Assembly: GCA_945904015.1 (NCBI GenBank) | Contig: CAMDPK010000005.1 | Span: forward strand, 1-64,000 | DNA: 64,000 bases | Source: Candidatus Kuenenia stuttgartensis | GTDB lineage: Bacteria; Planctomycetota; Planctomycetia; Planctomycetales; Planctomycetaceae | Reading direction: 5' to 3' | Part shown: piece by piece, positions 1 through 9,137 of the stretch | Layout of the letters: the number at the start of each line of letters is the position of its first letter | How positions within the stretch are numbered: position 1 is the first letter of the stretch | Notes under the pieces: generated by a model | Seen by the model: the letters and a program-made list of their open reading frames with translations, nothing else | Databases searched by the model: none | What the model was told of the DNA's origin: nothing | Translations under genes and position numbers: made by a program

Positions 1-116
1 GTCATCGAGACCCACCGGAATGCCAACCAGCGATGGTGGGTCTCGATGACTCGACCCACCCTACGTTCAAGACCAATCCAGAGACCCTCACTTTCAATTC
101 TCGCGAGGATCGCGCC

Positions 117-1364
117 ATGTTTCGATTGCTGATTTCAACCGTCGCCGTCGGCCTGCTATTGAACGGCACCTGTCACGGTTTCGGCGATTGGCGACAGTTT
201 CGAGGCAACTTGTCGACCGCGGTGGAAGCGAATGCCAAACTGCCAACCGAATGGGTGGATGCCGAGCAATCCAAAAACATCCCCTGGAAAGTCGCCTTGC
301 CGGGACGTGGACTGGGGAGCCCGATCGTCGTCAGCAAGCGAGTCTTCGTGACGTGCAGCAGCGGCTTTCACCAGGACCGATTGCATGTGCTCTGCTTCGA
401 CGCAAAAAAGGGACAAAAGTTGTGGGAGCGTCAGTTCTGGGCGACCGGTCGCACGATGACGCATCCGAAGACGTGCGGAGCCGCCTCGTCGCCGTGCAGC
501 GATGGGCAGCGCATCTTCGCTCTGTTTTCCAGCAACGACGTCGCGTGTCTCGATCTCGAAGGGAACTTGCAGTGGTATCGCGGCATCTCGCATGACTTCC
601 CGAATTGCAGCAACAGTCTGGGCATGGCGTCTTCGCCGATCGTGATCGGCGACACGCTGATCGCTCAGACGGAAAACGATGCCGACTCTTTCGCCTCCGG
701 TCTGGATGTCTACACCGGGGAGACACGCTGGAAACGGACTCGTCCGAAGCGAGCAAATTGGACATCTCCTTCCCCACTGACGGATGCCTCTGGCGAAGTC
801 CTCGCGCTGCTTCAGGCATCGGCGGGAGTCGAGGCAGTTCGGCCGCAAACCGGCGAAGTTGTTTGGACCTACAAATCCGGCGCGTCCACGATTCCGTCGC
901 TGACCGTGGCTGACGGAGTGGCCTACGTTCCATCGAATGGCCTGACCGCTCTGCAACCAGAAGCGGGCAAATCGGAGCCGAAGCAACTTTGGAATGTCGC
1001 GAAACTGGGACCGGCAACTCCGAGTCCGCTGGTGCTCGGCAAGAAGATTTATGTAACGAGCGGGGCTGGCGTCGTGACGTGCGCGAGCCTCGATGACGGC
1101 CAGACCGAATGGCAACTGCGGCTCACGGGACCGTTCACCGCGTCACCGGTCGCTGCCGGAGACCGGCTGTATTTCGTCAACGAAGCGGGGGTCTGCCAAG
1201 TCGTTCAGCTCGGCGGCGAGAAAGGCGAACTGGTCGGCACGAGCGAATTGAAACTCGGCAAGGCGGAGCCAGCGGACTTGATCCAAGGGACTCCCGCCAT
1301 CAGCGACAACGCGCTGTTCATCCGCAGTGACGCCTTCCTGTGGAAGATCGCCGAGACGAAGTAG
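117..1364 (+). CDS. secreted PQQ-like (BamB-like) beta-propeller repeat protein
   Basis: Long ORF in track (33-1364). ATG at 117 begins MFRLLISTVAVGLLLNGTCHG, which looks like a signal peptide. Repeated blade-like blocks (VFVTCSSG, LYFVNEAGV, IYVTSGAGV, W/Y-x-DG) fit PQQ/BamB-type propellers. It resembles the N-terminal propellers of the four giant proteins in this window. Confidence 0.7.
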   Translation: MFRLLISTVAVGLLLNGTCHGFGDWRQFRGNLSTAVEANAKLPTEWVDAEQSKNIPWKVALPGRGLGSPIVVSKRVFVTCSSGFHQDRLHVLCFDAKKGQKLWERQFWATGRTMTHPKTCGAASSPCSDGQRIFALFSSNDVACLDLEGNLQWYRGISHDFPNCSNSLGMASSPIVIGDTLIAQTENDADSFASGLDVYTGETRWKRTRPKRANWTSPSPLTDASGEVLALLQASAGVEAVRPQTGEVVWTYKSGASTIPSLTVADGVAYVPSNGLTALQPEAGKSEPKQLWNVAKLGPATPSPLVLGKKIYVTSGAGVVTCASLDDGQTEWQLRLTGPFTASPVAAGDRLYFVNEAGVCQVVQLGGEKGELVGTSELKLGKAEPADLIQGTPAISDNALFIRSDAFLWKIAETK

Positions 1365-1442
1365 GTCGGCCTTTCCAGGCTGACCCGAACAGCGATCGGC
1401 GTGATTTTGACCATTCGGGTCAGGCTGGAAAGCCTGACCTAC
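1361..1442. repeat. 82-nt palindromic repeat element (family F2: GTAGGTCRGGCYTTCCAGCCTGAC...GTCAGGCTGGAAAGCCTGACCTAC)
   Basis: Terminal inverted repeats of ~29 nt read directly. A near-identical copy is at 26710-26791 and a related core at 27878-27937. Its first bases, G-TAG-GTC, provide the TAG stop of the upstream gene. Confidence 0.7.
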
Positions 1443-1455
1443 CTTCGAGGGAACC

Positions 1456-1848
1456 ATGCGTCCGTGGCTCGGCGTGTTGTTGGTGGCAGTCGGTGGCGCA
1501 CTCGGCGCAGTGGCGCGACATGCGGCCAACGAACTCTGTCGGCGATTGCTCGAAAGCAAACTCGGACGCTTCTGGCCGCTGAGCACACTGCTGGTCAACG
1601 TCATCGGCTGCTTCGCGATTGGATGGCTGATGGCGATGTTTCGGCGAGGCGAACTCAGCGATGGATGGCGGTTGCTGCTCGTCACCGGCGGACTCGGAGC
1701 GCTGACGACGTTCTCGGCCTTCAGCTTTGAAACGCTGATGCTTGCTCGCGACGACACATTCGCGCTGGCGACGCTCAACACGGCGGCGAATGTCGTGCTG
1801 TGCCTGCTGGCCGTGTGGCTGGGCTGGTGGCTGGGCGGCGGAAAATAG
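1456..1848 (+). CDS. crcB: fluoride ion channel CrcB/FluC
   Basis: 130 aa, four predicted TM segments. Motifs GGALGAVARH, LSTLLVNVIGCFAIG and GALTTFSAFSFE match the CrcB/FluC family. Confidence 0.8.
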   Translation: MRPWLGVLLVAVGGALGAVARHAANELCRRLLESKLGRFWPLSTLLVNVIGCFAIGWLMAMFRRGELSDGWRLLLVTGGLGALTTFSAFSFETLMLARDDTFALATLNTAANVVLCLLAVWLGWWLGGGK

Positions 1849-1954
1849 CCTCGATGGCGAGCGGGGGCGTCAGCTCAGTGCGTGCCGGCAACACGACGCT
1901 GTGCGAGTGGAGCACAGCCGAACGCCGAACGGCCCCCGATCGTCACCGGAAATC

Positions 1955-3388
1955 TCAAGTCAGGTTCGGCACGAGACGGCGGCGACGAGATCCCGGTCGC
2001 CAAATGCGGAGCGATGGTTCGGGAATCGCCGGCTCCTCTTCCAATCGCCGCAATCCATCTTCCGCTGCGAGGCGGTAGCACTCGGTCAACGCCGCATCGT
2101 GGAAGCACTCGTCTCGGAAGGCTTCGATGCTCCCGCTGAACGACATCACGGTCTGGCCAATCCGAATGAGTTCGCTCGCTGACTCGCCGAGGCAATGTAC
2201 GCCGAGCAATTGCAGCGACTCGCGATGAAACAGCAGCTTCAACATCCCCGTCGCGGGTCCGTCGATATGTCCGCACGAGCCGTCACGGAAGCGGCTGACA
2301 CCGACTTCGTAGGCAACCAGATCGTGAGCGAGTTGCTCCTCGGTTGCGCCGACCATCGCCAGTTCGGGAATCGTGGAAAATCTGAAAGACGCCAACGTCT
2401 CGGCGTTCGCCGCCTGACCGAACACATGCTGAGCGAATCGGCCGGCTTGATCCAAAGACGCGCTCGCGAATGTCGGAAAGCCCACCACGTCTCCGATGCC
2501 GTAGATGTGCTCAATCCAGGTTTGACCGTGCTCGTTGCACCACAAGCGGCCTTGTTCATCGACCATCAGACCAGCAGCCTTCAGATTCAATGCGTCGGTT
2601 CGGCCGCGCCGGCCGCAGGCGTACGAGACACACGCGGCGATCAGATTCTTGCCCCCCGCCAACCGCACGACCGCGCGATTGTCGAGTGTCTTTTCGATGG
2701 CATTGATCGAGCGGCCGAGTCGGAATTGCACCCCGTAGCGTTCGGCCTGCTGTCGCACCAGGTCGACCACTTGATGGTCGCAGAACTCCAGCAGTCGCGC
2801 CCCCGCATCCACAACTGCGACGCGCGTGCCGAGTACCGCGAAGATCATCGCCTGTTCCAATGCGAGCGGATCGCCGCCCACCACAATCATCGACTTCGGG
2901 ATGCGGTCGCGCAGCACAACCTCTTCGCTATCGAAGATCGTCTCGCCATCGAAGGGTACCCAGCTTGGACGAAGCGGGCGCGTGCCGACCGCCATCAGAA
3001 ACTTGTCACTGTGCAGCCGCCGCGATGCGTTCGAGACATCGACGACTTCCACCTCGTGCGGTCCCGTGAATCGCGCTTGTCCAGCGACGAGGTCCACACC
3101 ACTCTCCTGTAGACGGGTTTGAAGCGCTGCGGATGCTTGCGAGTCGATCTCCTGTGTCCGTTGCCGCAGTTGTTTCAGCGTCAACTCGCTGCGACGAGCA
3201 ACCAATTCCGCAGAATCGGCTCGATGCCGAATGCCGGTCAGCATCAATGCCGCCTCGTGAATTCCGTTGGTAGACACAACGAACTCGCCAGGCGCAACGA
3301 CCGCGACTCGCTTGTGGAGCTTGGCGGCCAGCAGCGCTGCTTCCCAGCCTTTGGGATCGTTGCCCAGAACGATCAGGTCGTATCGCAT
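1955..3388 (-). CDS. FAD-dependent pyridine nucleotide-disulfide oxidoreductase family protein (SthA/Lpd-like, redox-active cysteine pair not evident)
   Basis: 477 aa. N-terminal MRYDLIVLGNDPKGWEAALLAA is a Rossmann FAD-binding block. A second NAD(P) block is at MIVVGGDPLALEQA. C-terminal GIGDVVGFPTFASASLDQAGRFAQ resembles the transhydrogenase/dihydrolipoamide dehydrogenase dimerisation region. No CxxxxC is seen. Confidence 0.65.
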   Translation of the reverse strand: MRYDLIVLGNDPKGWEAALLAAKLHKRVAVVAPGEFVVSTNGIHEAALMLTGIRHRADSAELVARRSELTLKQLRQRTQEIDSQASAALQTRLQESGVDLVAGQARFTGPHEVEVVDVSNASRRLHSDKFLMAVGTRPLRPSWVPFDGETIFDSEEVVLRDRIPKSMIVVGGDPLALEQAMIFAVLGTRVAVVDAGARLLEFCDHQVVDLVRQQAERYGVQFRLGRSINAIEKTLDNRAVVRLAGGKNLIAACVSYACGRRGRTDALNLKAAGLMVDEQGRLWCNEHGQTWIEHIYGIGDVVGFPTFASASLDQAGRFAQHVFGQAANAETLASFRFSTIPELAMVGATEEQLAHDLVAYEVGVSRFRDGSCGHIDGPATGMLKLLFHRESLQLLGVHCLGESASELIRIGQTVMSFSGSIEAFRDECFHDAALTECYRLAAEDGLRRLEEEPAIPEPSLRIWRPGSRRRRLVPNLT

Positions 3389-3589
3389 GATGACTCCCGT
3401 CTGAGTTCTTTCATCGAGTGACTTGAGCGGTCAGCTAAACCCGTCTGATCAACGAGTCTGGCGAATCTGCAAAACGTGGTGGGATTGCGACGACATTACG
3501 GACAGGAGCCGGTCGTTACAGTTTTCCCTGTCGCTTCAGATTTCCTCAGTTTGCCCGCGATCACTCGCCGAAGAGTCAAGATTGGTAGA

Positions 3590-5350
3590 ATGACGTCGCA
3601 GCCGACGAATGCGTCGGATGTGATGAAGGCGGAAGGAATTCCGGCTTTGTCGTCGCTCGGATTCGCCACAGAGGCGGTCCCGCAAGCGATGGCTGAGCTA
3701 AGAAACGGGGACGAGTCGCGAAGGACTCGCAGATCACACACTGCGTTTGGAGCCTTGCTCATGGCCAGAAATGTTTTTCAAGAAGACGCCGACAAGCCCA
3801 CCAGCAAAGCGGGAGTCACGACCGGACTGATCGTCGCCGGCGGGTTCTTGCTGCTTGTCTTCGCTTGGTTGACCTACACGATGTTCCGCATCGATGTCGG
3901 CCAGGATGAGTTCGCGGTGCTGATTCACAAAACGGGGCTAGATCTCAAGAACACCGACGAGGTTGCTCCCAGCAAAGATCACAAGGGCATTCAACGGGAA
4001 GTGCTGACGACCGGACGGTACTTCTACGATCCGTTCAACTGGGATTGGGAAATCAAGAAGTTGGTGGAGATCAAGTCGAGCAACATGGGCGTGCTCGTGA
4101 GTTTGACGGGGGACGATTTGCCGTACGGCGAGTTTCTCGCGAAGGCCGCTGACGGCCAGCCGATCACCGATGTCACAGAGGTCATCAGCGGCCGCAAACT
4201 CATCACCAAGGGCATCGTGCCCAACGTGCTCAAGCCCGGCCCCTATCGGATCAATCCGTATTTGTTCAAAGTCGAAGACACGCACGAGCCGGTGACAATC
4301 TCGGCGGGCTTCAAAGGCATCGTGACGAACCTCACGGGGCCGGCCTCGAAGGAATCGAACAAACTGCTGGTCAAAGAAGGAGAACGAGGCGTCCAAGAAA
4401 AGACGCTCGACGCCGGCATGTACTACATCAATCCGTACATGACGCGGATCAGCAAGCTCGACTGCCGCAGCCAGCGATTCAACCTGGCGGAAAAGAAGGA
4501 CATGGGCTTCCCGTCGAAGGACGGCTTCTGGGTCACGATCGACGGCCGCATTGAGTTCAAGATCAATCCCGATAAGGCGGCCGAAGTCTTCGTGATTTAC
4601 AACGAGGATCTGAACGGCGACGCCATTGACGAGGAGATCATCCGCAAGGTGATTCTGCCGAACGCGCGCAGCATCTGTCGACTGGAGGGTTCCAGCAAAC
4701 TCGGACGCGAATTCATCGAAGGCGAGACGGCGATGACGTTCGAGAAGAAATTCGAATCCGCCATGAAGAAGGACTGTGATTCGCTCGGAGTCGAGATTGT
4801 TCAGGCGGTGATCACCAGCATTCATCCGCCGTCGCAAATCGCCGAGCCGATCAAGGCTCGCGAAACCGCGCGGCTCGACGAAAAGAAATTTCAACAGATG
4901 AAACGACAGCAGGAACAAGAGAAGAAGCTAGCCGAACAGAAGGAGCTTGTGAAACAGCGTGCGGGATTGGTCGCGGTTGATCGAGACATCATCAAGCTCA
5001 CGACCGAAGCGGAACGCGAACAGCAGATCACCGTCACAAAGGCGAACCAGGAATTGGCCGTCGCCAAGCTGAAGCTGGACGCCGCCAAAGATGAAGCCGC
5101 CGCCTTGGTCGCCAAGGGCCAGGGCGAGGCCGAAGTGATTCGCCTGCAAAACGAAGCTGAAGCGGCCGGTTGGAAACGAGCCGTCGCAGCGTTCAGCGGC
5201 AACGGCAACCAATACGCTCAATATGTCCTGTTCCAAAAACTATCGACCGCCTATCGCAAGATCATGGTCAACACGGCCGACAGCCCGATCATGAAAATCT
5301 TCGAAGGGTTCAACGACACGAAAGACGCCCCGGCGAAGAAAGAAAATTGA
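3590..5350 (+). CDS. SPFH/band-7 (flotillin/HflK-like) membrane protein, long form
   Basis: ORF 3476-5350. One TM (GLIVAGGFLLLVFAWLTYTMF), then a beta-rich region with duplicated GxYxINPY motifs, then an SPFH core, then a long Ala/Glu/Lys/Gln-rich coiled coil (flotillin-like). Start uncertain: candidates are 3476, 3590 (MTSQ) or 3761 (MARN). Confidence 0.65.
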   Translation: MTSQPTNASDVMKAEGIPALSSLGFATEAVPQAMAELRNGDESRRTRRSHTAFGALLMARNVFQEDADKPTSKAGVTTGLIVAGGFLLLVFAWLTYTMFRIDVGQDEFAVLIHKTGLDLKNTDEVAPSKDHKGIQREVLTTGRYFYDPFNWDWEIKKLVEIKSSNMGVLVSLTGDDLPYGEFLAKAADGQPITDVTEVISGRKLITKGIVPNVLKPGPYRINPYLFKVEDTHEPVTISAGFKGIVTNLTGPASKESNKLLVKEGERGVQEKTLDAGMYYINPYMTRISKLDCRSQRFNLAEKKDMGFPSKDGFWVTIDGRIEFKINPDKAAEVFVIYNEDLNGDAIDEEIIRKVILPNARSICRLEGSSKLGREFIEGETAMTFEKKFESAMKKDCDSLGVEIVQAVITSIHPPSQIAEPIKARETARLDEKKFQQMKRQQEQEKKLAEQKELVKQRAGLVAVDRDIIKLTTEAEREQQITVTKANQELAVAKLKLDAAKDEAAALVAKGQGEAEVIRLQNEAEAAGWKRAVAAFSGNGNQYAQYVLFQKLSTAYRKIMVNTADSPIMKIFEGFNDTKDAPAKKEN

Positions 5351-5420
5351 TCGTTGGCGATTTTTCAACGACCAATGATCAACGACGAATTCTGAATCGC
5401 ACACTCCAAAGGTCACCAAC

Positions 5421-7091
5421 ATGTCCACACTTTCGCGTGGTCAACGAATTCTCATCTCGACCGTCGTCTGTCTGGTGTTATTCGCCGCGGTCGGCTGGCA
5501 AGCGTTTCGATGGACCTTTTGTTACTGGTACGTTGACGAAGGTTTCTCGTTGCAACTGACCTACAAAGGTCCGCCGTTGCCGATTCCTGGACTGACTCTG
5601 CCGGCGTCTGCCGACACGGAGTTGGCGCAGGTCGATGACAAAGGACGCCCGAAGCAAATTGGCGTGCTGGCGGAGATGGTTGGACCGGGTCGTCACTTCT
5701 ACAACCCGTTCTTCTGGGAATGCAAAAAGGTTCCTGACGTCGTCGTCGAGGCCAAACAGGTGGCCGTGGTCACCAGCCGAATTGGCAAGGAAACCGGTGC
5801 CAAACAGAACTTGGTGGACGGCGAGTTGGGACAAACCGAGTTTCAAGGCAATCTGCGAAAGTTGCTTGGCCCCGGACGCTATCGCATCAACCCGCGCGCC
5901 TATGAAGTGACCGTCATCAAGGGCGAAGAAGTGGCACGCACCGCGGACGGACAAGAAACGCGATCAGGTTGGGTGGTCATCAATCCGGGCTACGTCGGAG
6001 TCGTCACCAATCTGACCAGCAATCCGATCACACAGGCGAAAGACGGACTGCAAAAAAACGTGTTGCCGCCGGGGATCTATCCGATCAACAAATGGGAGCA
6101 GCAGATCAACGTCGTCAACATCGGCTTTCGCGAGAAGAGCATCGAAACCAGTATCGCCGAACTGTCGGACGGACATGCCAAAGTCGATCCCAGCGGCGAG
6201 CCGATCGTGGCCGACGACGACAGTGGCATTGCCTTCACCTCGGACGACGGCTTTCCCATCCGACTCGATTTCACGGCCATCTGGGGCATCATGCCCGACC
6301 AGGCCGTCGATGTGATTGACAATTTCGGCAACGAAGCCGCCGTCGAAGACAAGGTGGTACTGACGCAGATGAGGAATCTCTGCCGCACCTACGGCGCGAA
6401 GCTCAAGGCCGCCGACTTGCTCGATGGCGAGACGCGGCAGAGCTACCAAGCGCAGGTCGCATTGGCCTTTCACGCGATCCTCGAAGGCAAAGGGCTGAGC
6501 GTGCAGCAGGGCTTGGTGCGCAACATTTACATCCCACAGGAAGTTCGCCTGCCGATTCAGCTTGGTTACATCTCCGACGAACTGAAGCTGACACGCGAGC
6601 AAGAACAACTCACCGCGATGACCGAAGGGGATCTGCGCGAGGCCGAGGAAAAGGTGAAGTTGCAGACCGAACAAATTCGCGTCGAGACCGAAAAGATGGT
6701 CGCGGTCAAGTTGGCCGAGGGCCAGAAGACGGCCGCCGAAACGAAAGGCGAGACCTCCAAACTGATCGCCGCGATCGCTCGCGAGACTGCCGAGATCGAC
6801 AAGGAGTCCACGATCACCTTGGGCGAAGCGACCTCCACCGCCAAAAAGGGCATCGAGGAAGCCAAGGCCGATAAATTCAAACTGGCGGTCGATGCCTTCG
6901 GCGGCGGCCAAGCCTACAACCAATGGGTCTTCGCCACCGGATTGCCGGAAGACATCGAGTTGAACTTGCTCTACGCCGGCGAAGGAACCTTCTGGACCGA
7001 CCTCAAAGGTTTCAGCGAGACGCTGCTCGGCAAGCAGGTGAAGCAGCAGTCGGCACCGCCGCCTCTGACAACGCCCGCAAGAAGCAAATAG
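5421..7091 (+). CDS. SPFH/band-7 membrane protein, paralogous partner of upstream gene
   Basis: 556 aa. N-terminal TM (ILISTVVCLVLFAAVGW), GRYRINP / GIYPINK motifs, C-terminal coiled coil. Same architecture as 3590-5350 and lies 70 nt downstream on the same strand. A tandem pair like HflK/HflC is an inference. Confidence 0.6.
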   Translation: MSTLSRGQRILISTVVCLVLFAAVGWQAFRWTFCYWYVDEGFSLQLTYKGPPLPIPGLTLPASADTELAQVDDKGRPKQIGVLAEMVGPGRHFYNPFFWECKKVPDVVVEAKQVAVVTSRIGKETGAKQNLVDGELGQTEFQGNLRKLLGPGRYRINPRAYEVTVIKGEEVARTADGQETRSGWVVINPGYVGVVTNLTSNPITQAKDGLQKNVLPPGIYPINKWEQQINVVNIGFREKSIETSIAELSDGHAKVDPSGEPIVADDDSGIAFTSDDGFPIRLDFTAIWGIMPDQAVDVIDNFGNEAAVEDKVVLTQMRNLCRTYGAKLKAADLLDGETRQSYQAQVALAFHAILEGKGLSVQQGLVRNIYIPQEVRLPIQLGYISDELKLTREQEQLTAMTEGDLREAEEKVKLQTEQIRVETEKMVAVKLAEGQKTAAETKGETSKLIAAIARETAEIDKESTITLGEATSTAKKGIEEAKADKFKLAVDAFGGGQAYNQWVFATGLPEDIELNLLYAGEGTFWTDLKGFSETLLGKQVKQQSAPPPLTTPARSK

Positions 7092-7163
7092 CACGACGCG
7101 CCAGCGAGTGGCCATTCGATGTCGATCACTCGCTGACAACAACCACTCGCTGGCGCGTCGTGC
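7091..7163. repeat. hairpin repeat (family F3: GCACGACGCGCCAGCGAGTGG ... CCACTCGCTGGCGCGTCGTGC)
   Basis: Perfect 21-nt inverted arms starting at the stop codon of the upstream gene. The same arm sequence recurs at 27785-27846. Confidence 0.6.
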
Positions 7164-7214
7164 TGGACTCGCAGGCTGACGCTGGCAGCGTCGGCCGCGA
7201 TTCGATCTGATGTA

Positions 7215-7249
7215 GGGGACTCGCGCGATGTCTCGCGAGTCCCCTTTTT
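7215..7249 (+). terminator. rho-independent terminator
   Basis: GGGGACTCGCG-cgatgtct-CGCGAGTCCCC followed by TTTTTGTT. It lies downstream of the SPFH pair and before the next gene. Confidence 0.7.
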
Positions 7250-7272
7250 GTTGGATCGTGGGAGCGTGAATC

Positions 7273-8940
7273 ATGCCTCGACTGTGCCGCTGGTTGCTCG
7301 CCGGAATTGTGCTCTGCTGTGTGTCGCCACTCATCGCACAAGACAATGTCGATCTTTACGGCGTTCGCGAAGAGCACACGATGATCCCGATGCGCGACGG
7401 AACAAAGCTCTCCGCGTATCTGTACTTCCCGGCGGGTGACGGCCCGTGGCCCGTGCTGTACGAGCAACGCTACGCCGACTTGAAGGGAGCGGGCACTCGG
7501 CAGGGAAACGCTCGGCTGGCGAAGGCGGGCTATGTCGTCTGTGCTGAGAACTATCGCGGAGCGGGCAAGTCGGAAGGGACATGGGTCGGCTACCGAGCAC
7601 TCGGCTGGGGTGAGTTGCAGGATGGCTACGACACCGTCGAATGGCTCTCCAAACAGAAATGGTCCACCGGAAAGATCGGGACGTTCGGCAGTTCGCAAGC
7701 AGGATTCGCTCAGAACTTTCTCGCAGTAACTCGGCCGCCGCATCTTGTCGCGCAGTACATGATCGACACGGGGCTGAGCCTGTACCAAGAGGGCTATCGC
7801 ATCGGTGGGACGACTCGGCCGGAGCGATTCAAAGGCATGGACGCCGTCTGTCGCGAGCCGGCTCACAACCTCGCGTTGCGGGTCGAGTGGTTCAAGCATC
7901 CAACCTTCGACGACTATTGGAAGCAGGAGGATTGCTCGCGGCACTTCGACAAGATGGATGTGCCGTGCTTCACGATCGGCAGTTGGTTTGACTTCATGAA
8001 CATTGGCTCGATCGAAAGTTATCGCGGCCGGCAGCATCGAGCCGGCCCGAACTCACGCGGCAAACAACAACTGCTGGTCGGCCCGTGGCTGCACGGTGGC
8101 TACCTCGGCAAGAACACGAACAGAGTCAGCGAGTTGACCTTTCCAGAGAACGCAAAGTTCGATGCCGAAAGCCATCTCGTCCGCTGGTTCGACTTCTGGC
8201 TCAAGGGCAAAGACAACCTCGTCGATCGTGATCCGGCGGTGCGGTACTACGTGACCGGGGCGACCGGCGAAGAACACGCGCCCGGCAACGTCTGGCGAGA
8301 AACGAACGATTGGCCGGTCTCATCGACGCCAACGTCCTATTTCTTGCGCGATGGCGGCAAGCTGACAACGTCATCGCCGACTGAAGCGGACGCGGTGGCG
8401 AGCTTCCTGGCTGATCCGCTCAAGCCTGCCAACATTCCGAACACGCGCGGGTTTCCGGGCGCGGCAGACGCTCGCAAGTTTGAAGAGCAAGCCGAAGTCC
8501 GCACCTTCACGACCGAGCCGCTGACCGAGCCGGTCGAATGGACCGGGATCGTCAACACAGAGTTGTTCGTCACGTCATCGGCGAAGGACACTGACTTCAT
8601 CGTCCGTGTCTGCGACGTGTACCCGGATGGCCGTTCGATCCTGTTGGTCGATTACATCCGCCGTGGCCGCTACCGCGACGGCTTCGAGCAGGAAGTCTTC
8701 TTCACACCCGGCAAGGTCGAAAAAGTCGCCTTCGAGGTCGGTTGGATCAGCCAAATCTTCGCGAAGGGACATCGCATCCGAGTCACCGTCGCCAGCACCG
8801 GTGCTCCGTTCTTCGAGCCGAATCCGAACACAGGCGAACCGCTCGCTCTCGAATTTCCGGCGAATGCAGTGGTGGCCAAGAACGTCGTGCAACTCAACCA
8901 GCAGCACGCCTCGCGAGTCATCGCACCGTTGCGGCCGTAG
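7273..8940 (+). CDS. CocE/NonD family hydrolase (S15 X-Pro dipeptidyl-peptidase-like alpha/beta hydrolase)
   Basis: 555 aa with an N-terminal signal peptide. Motifs LYFPAGDGPWPVL, GYVVCAENYRGAGKSEG and GTFGSSQAGF (nucleophile elbow) plus the C-terminal beta-sandwich are typical of the CocE/NonD family. Confidence 0.75.
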   Translation: MPRLCRWLLAGIVLCCVSPLIAQDNVDLYGVREEHTMIPMRDGTKLSAYLYFPAGDGPWPVLYEQRYADLKGAGTRQGNARLAKAGYVVCAENYRGAGKSEGTWVGYRALGWGELQDGYDTVEWLSKQKWSTGKIGTFGSSQAGFAQNFLAVTRPPHLVAQYMIDTGLSLYQEGYRIGGTTRPERFKGMDAVCREPAHNLALRVEWFKHPTFDDYWKQEDCSRHFDKMDVPCFTIGSWFDFMNIGSIESYRGRQHRAGPNSRGKQQLLVGPWLHGGYLGKNTNRVSELTFPENAKFDAESHLVRWFDFWLKGKDNLVDRDPAVRYYVTGATGEEHAPGNVWRETNDWPVSSTPTSYFLRDGGKLTTSSPTEADAVASFLADPLKPANIPNTRGFPGAADARKFEEQAEVRTFTTEPLTEPVEWTGIVNTELFVTSSAKDTDFIVRVCDVYPDGRSILLVDYIRRGRYRDGFEQEVFFTPGKVEKVAFEVGWISQIFAKGHRIRVTVASTGAPFFEPNPNTGEPLALEFPANAVVAKNVVQLNQQHASRVIAPLRP

Positions 8941-9137
8941 TCCGCGTGACTCGGTAGACTTCATTTGACGTTGCCGACTTTGCCGATTGCGAAAGACTGA
9001 CACGTATCGCCGAGATTGGCGATGACTCAGATCGTGTCAGCCGCCAAGCCCGGCAATGATCGGCATCGTGGCGCAGCGCGGAAATCCGCAATGGGCCGCA
9101 CAACGAATGCCGAGAGCCAAGAGAGTGGAAGCTCGAC

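Noticed and set aside
156-1115. Long antisense ORFs overlapping real genes (e.g. 156-1115-, 3938-4918-, 5964-7346-, 14858-16585+, 17778-18905+, 20323-21945-, 32799-35222+, 35256-37007+, 47983-49725+, 51026-52306-, 59616-61613-)
   Set aside because: Their translations are Arg/Ala/Pro-rich and low-complexity, as expected for shadow ORFs in high-GC DNA. The opposing ORFs carry clear family motifs.
1365-1455. Fluoride riboswitch upstream of crcB
   Set aside because: No GGCGATGG...TTCGCC core or pseudoknot partner is visible. The leader is occupied by the F2 palindromic repeat.
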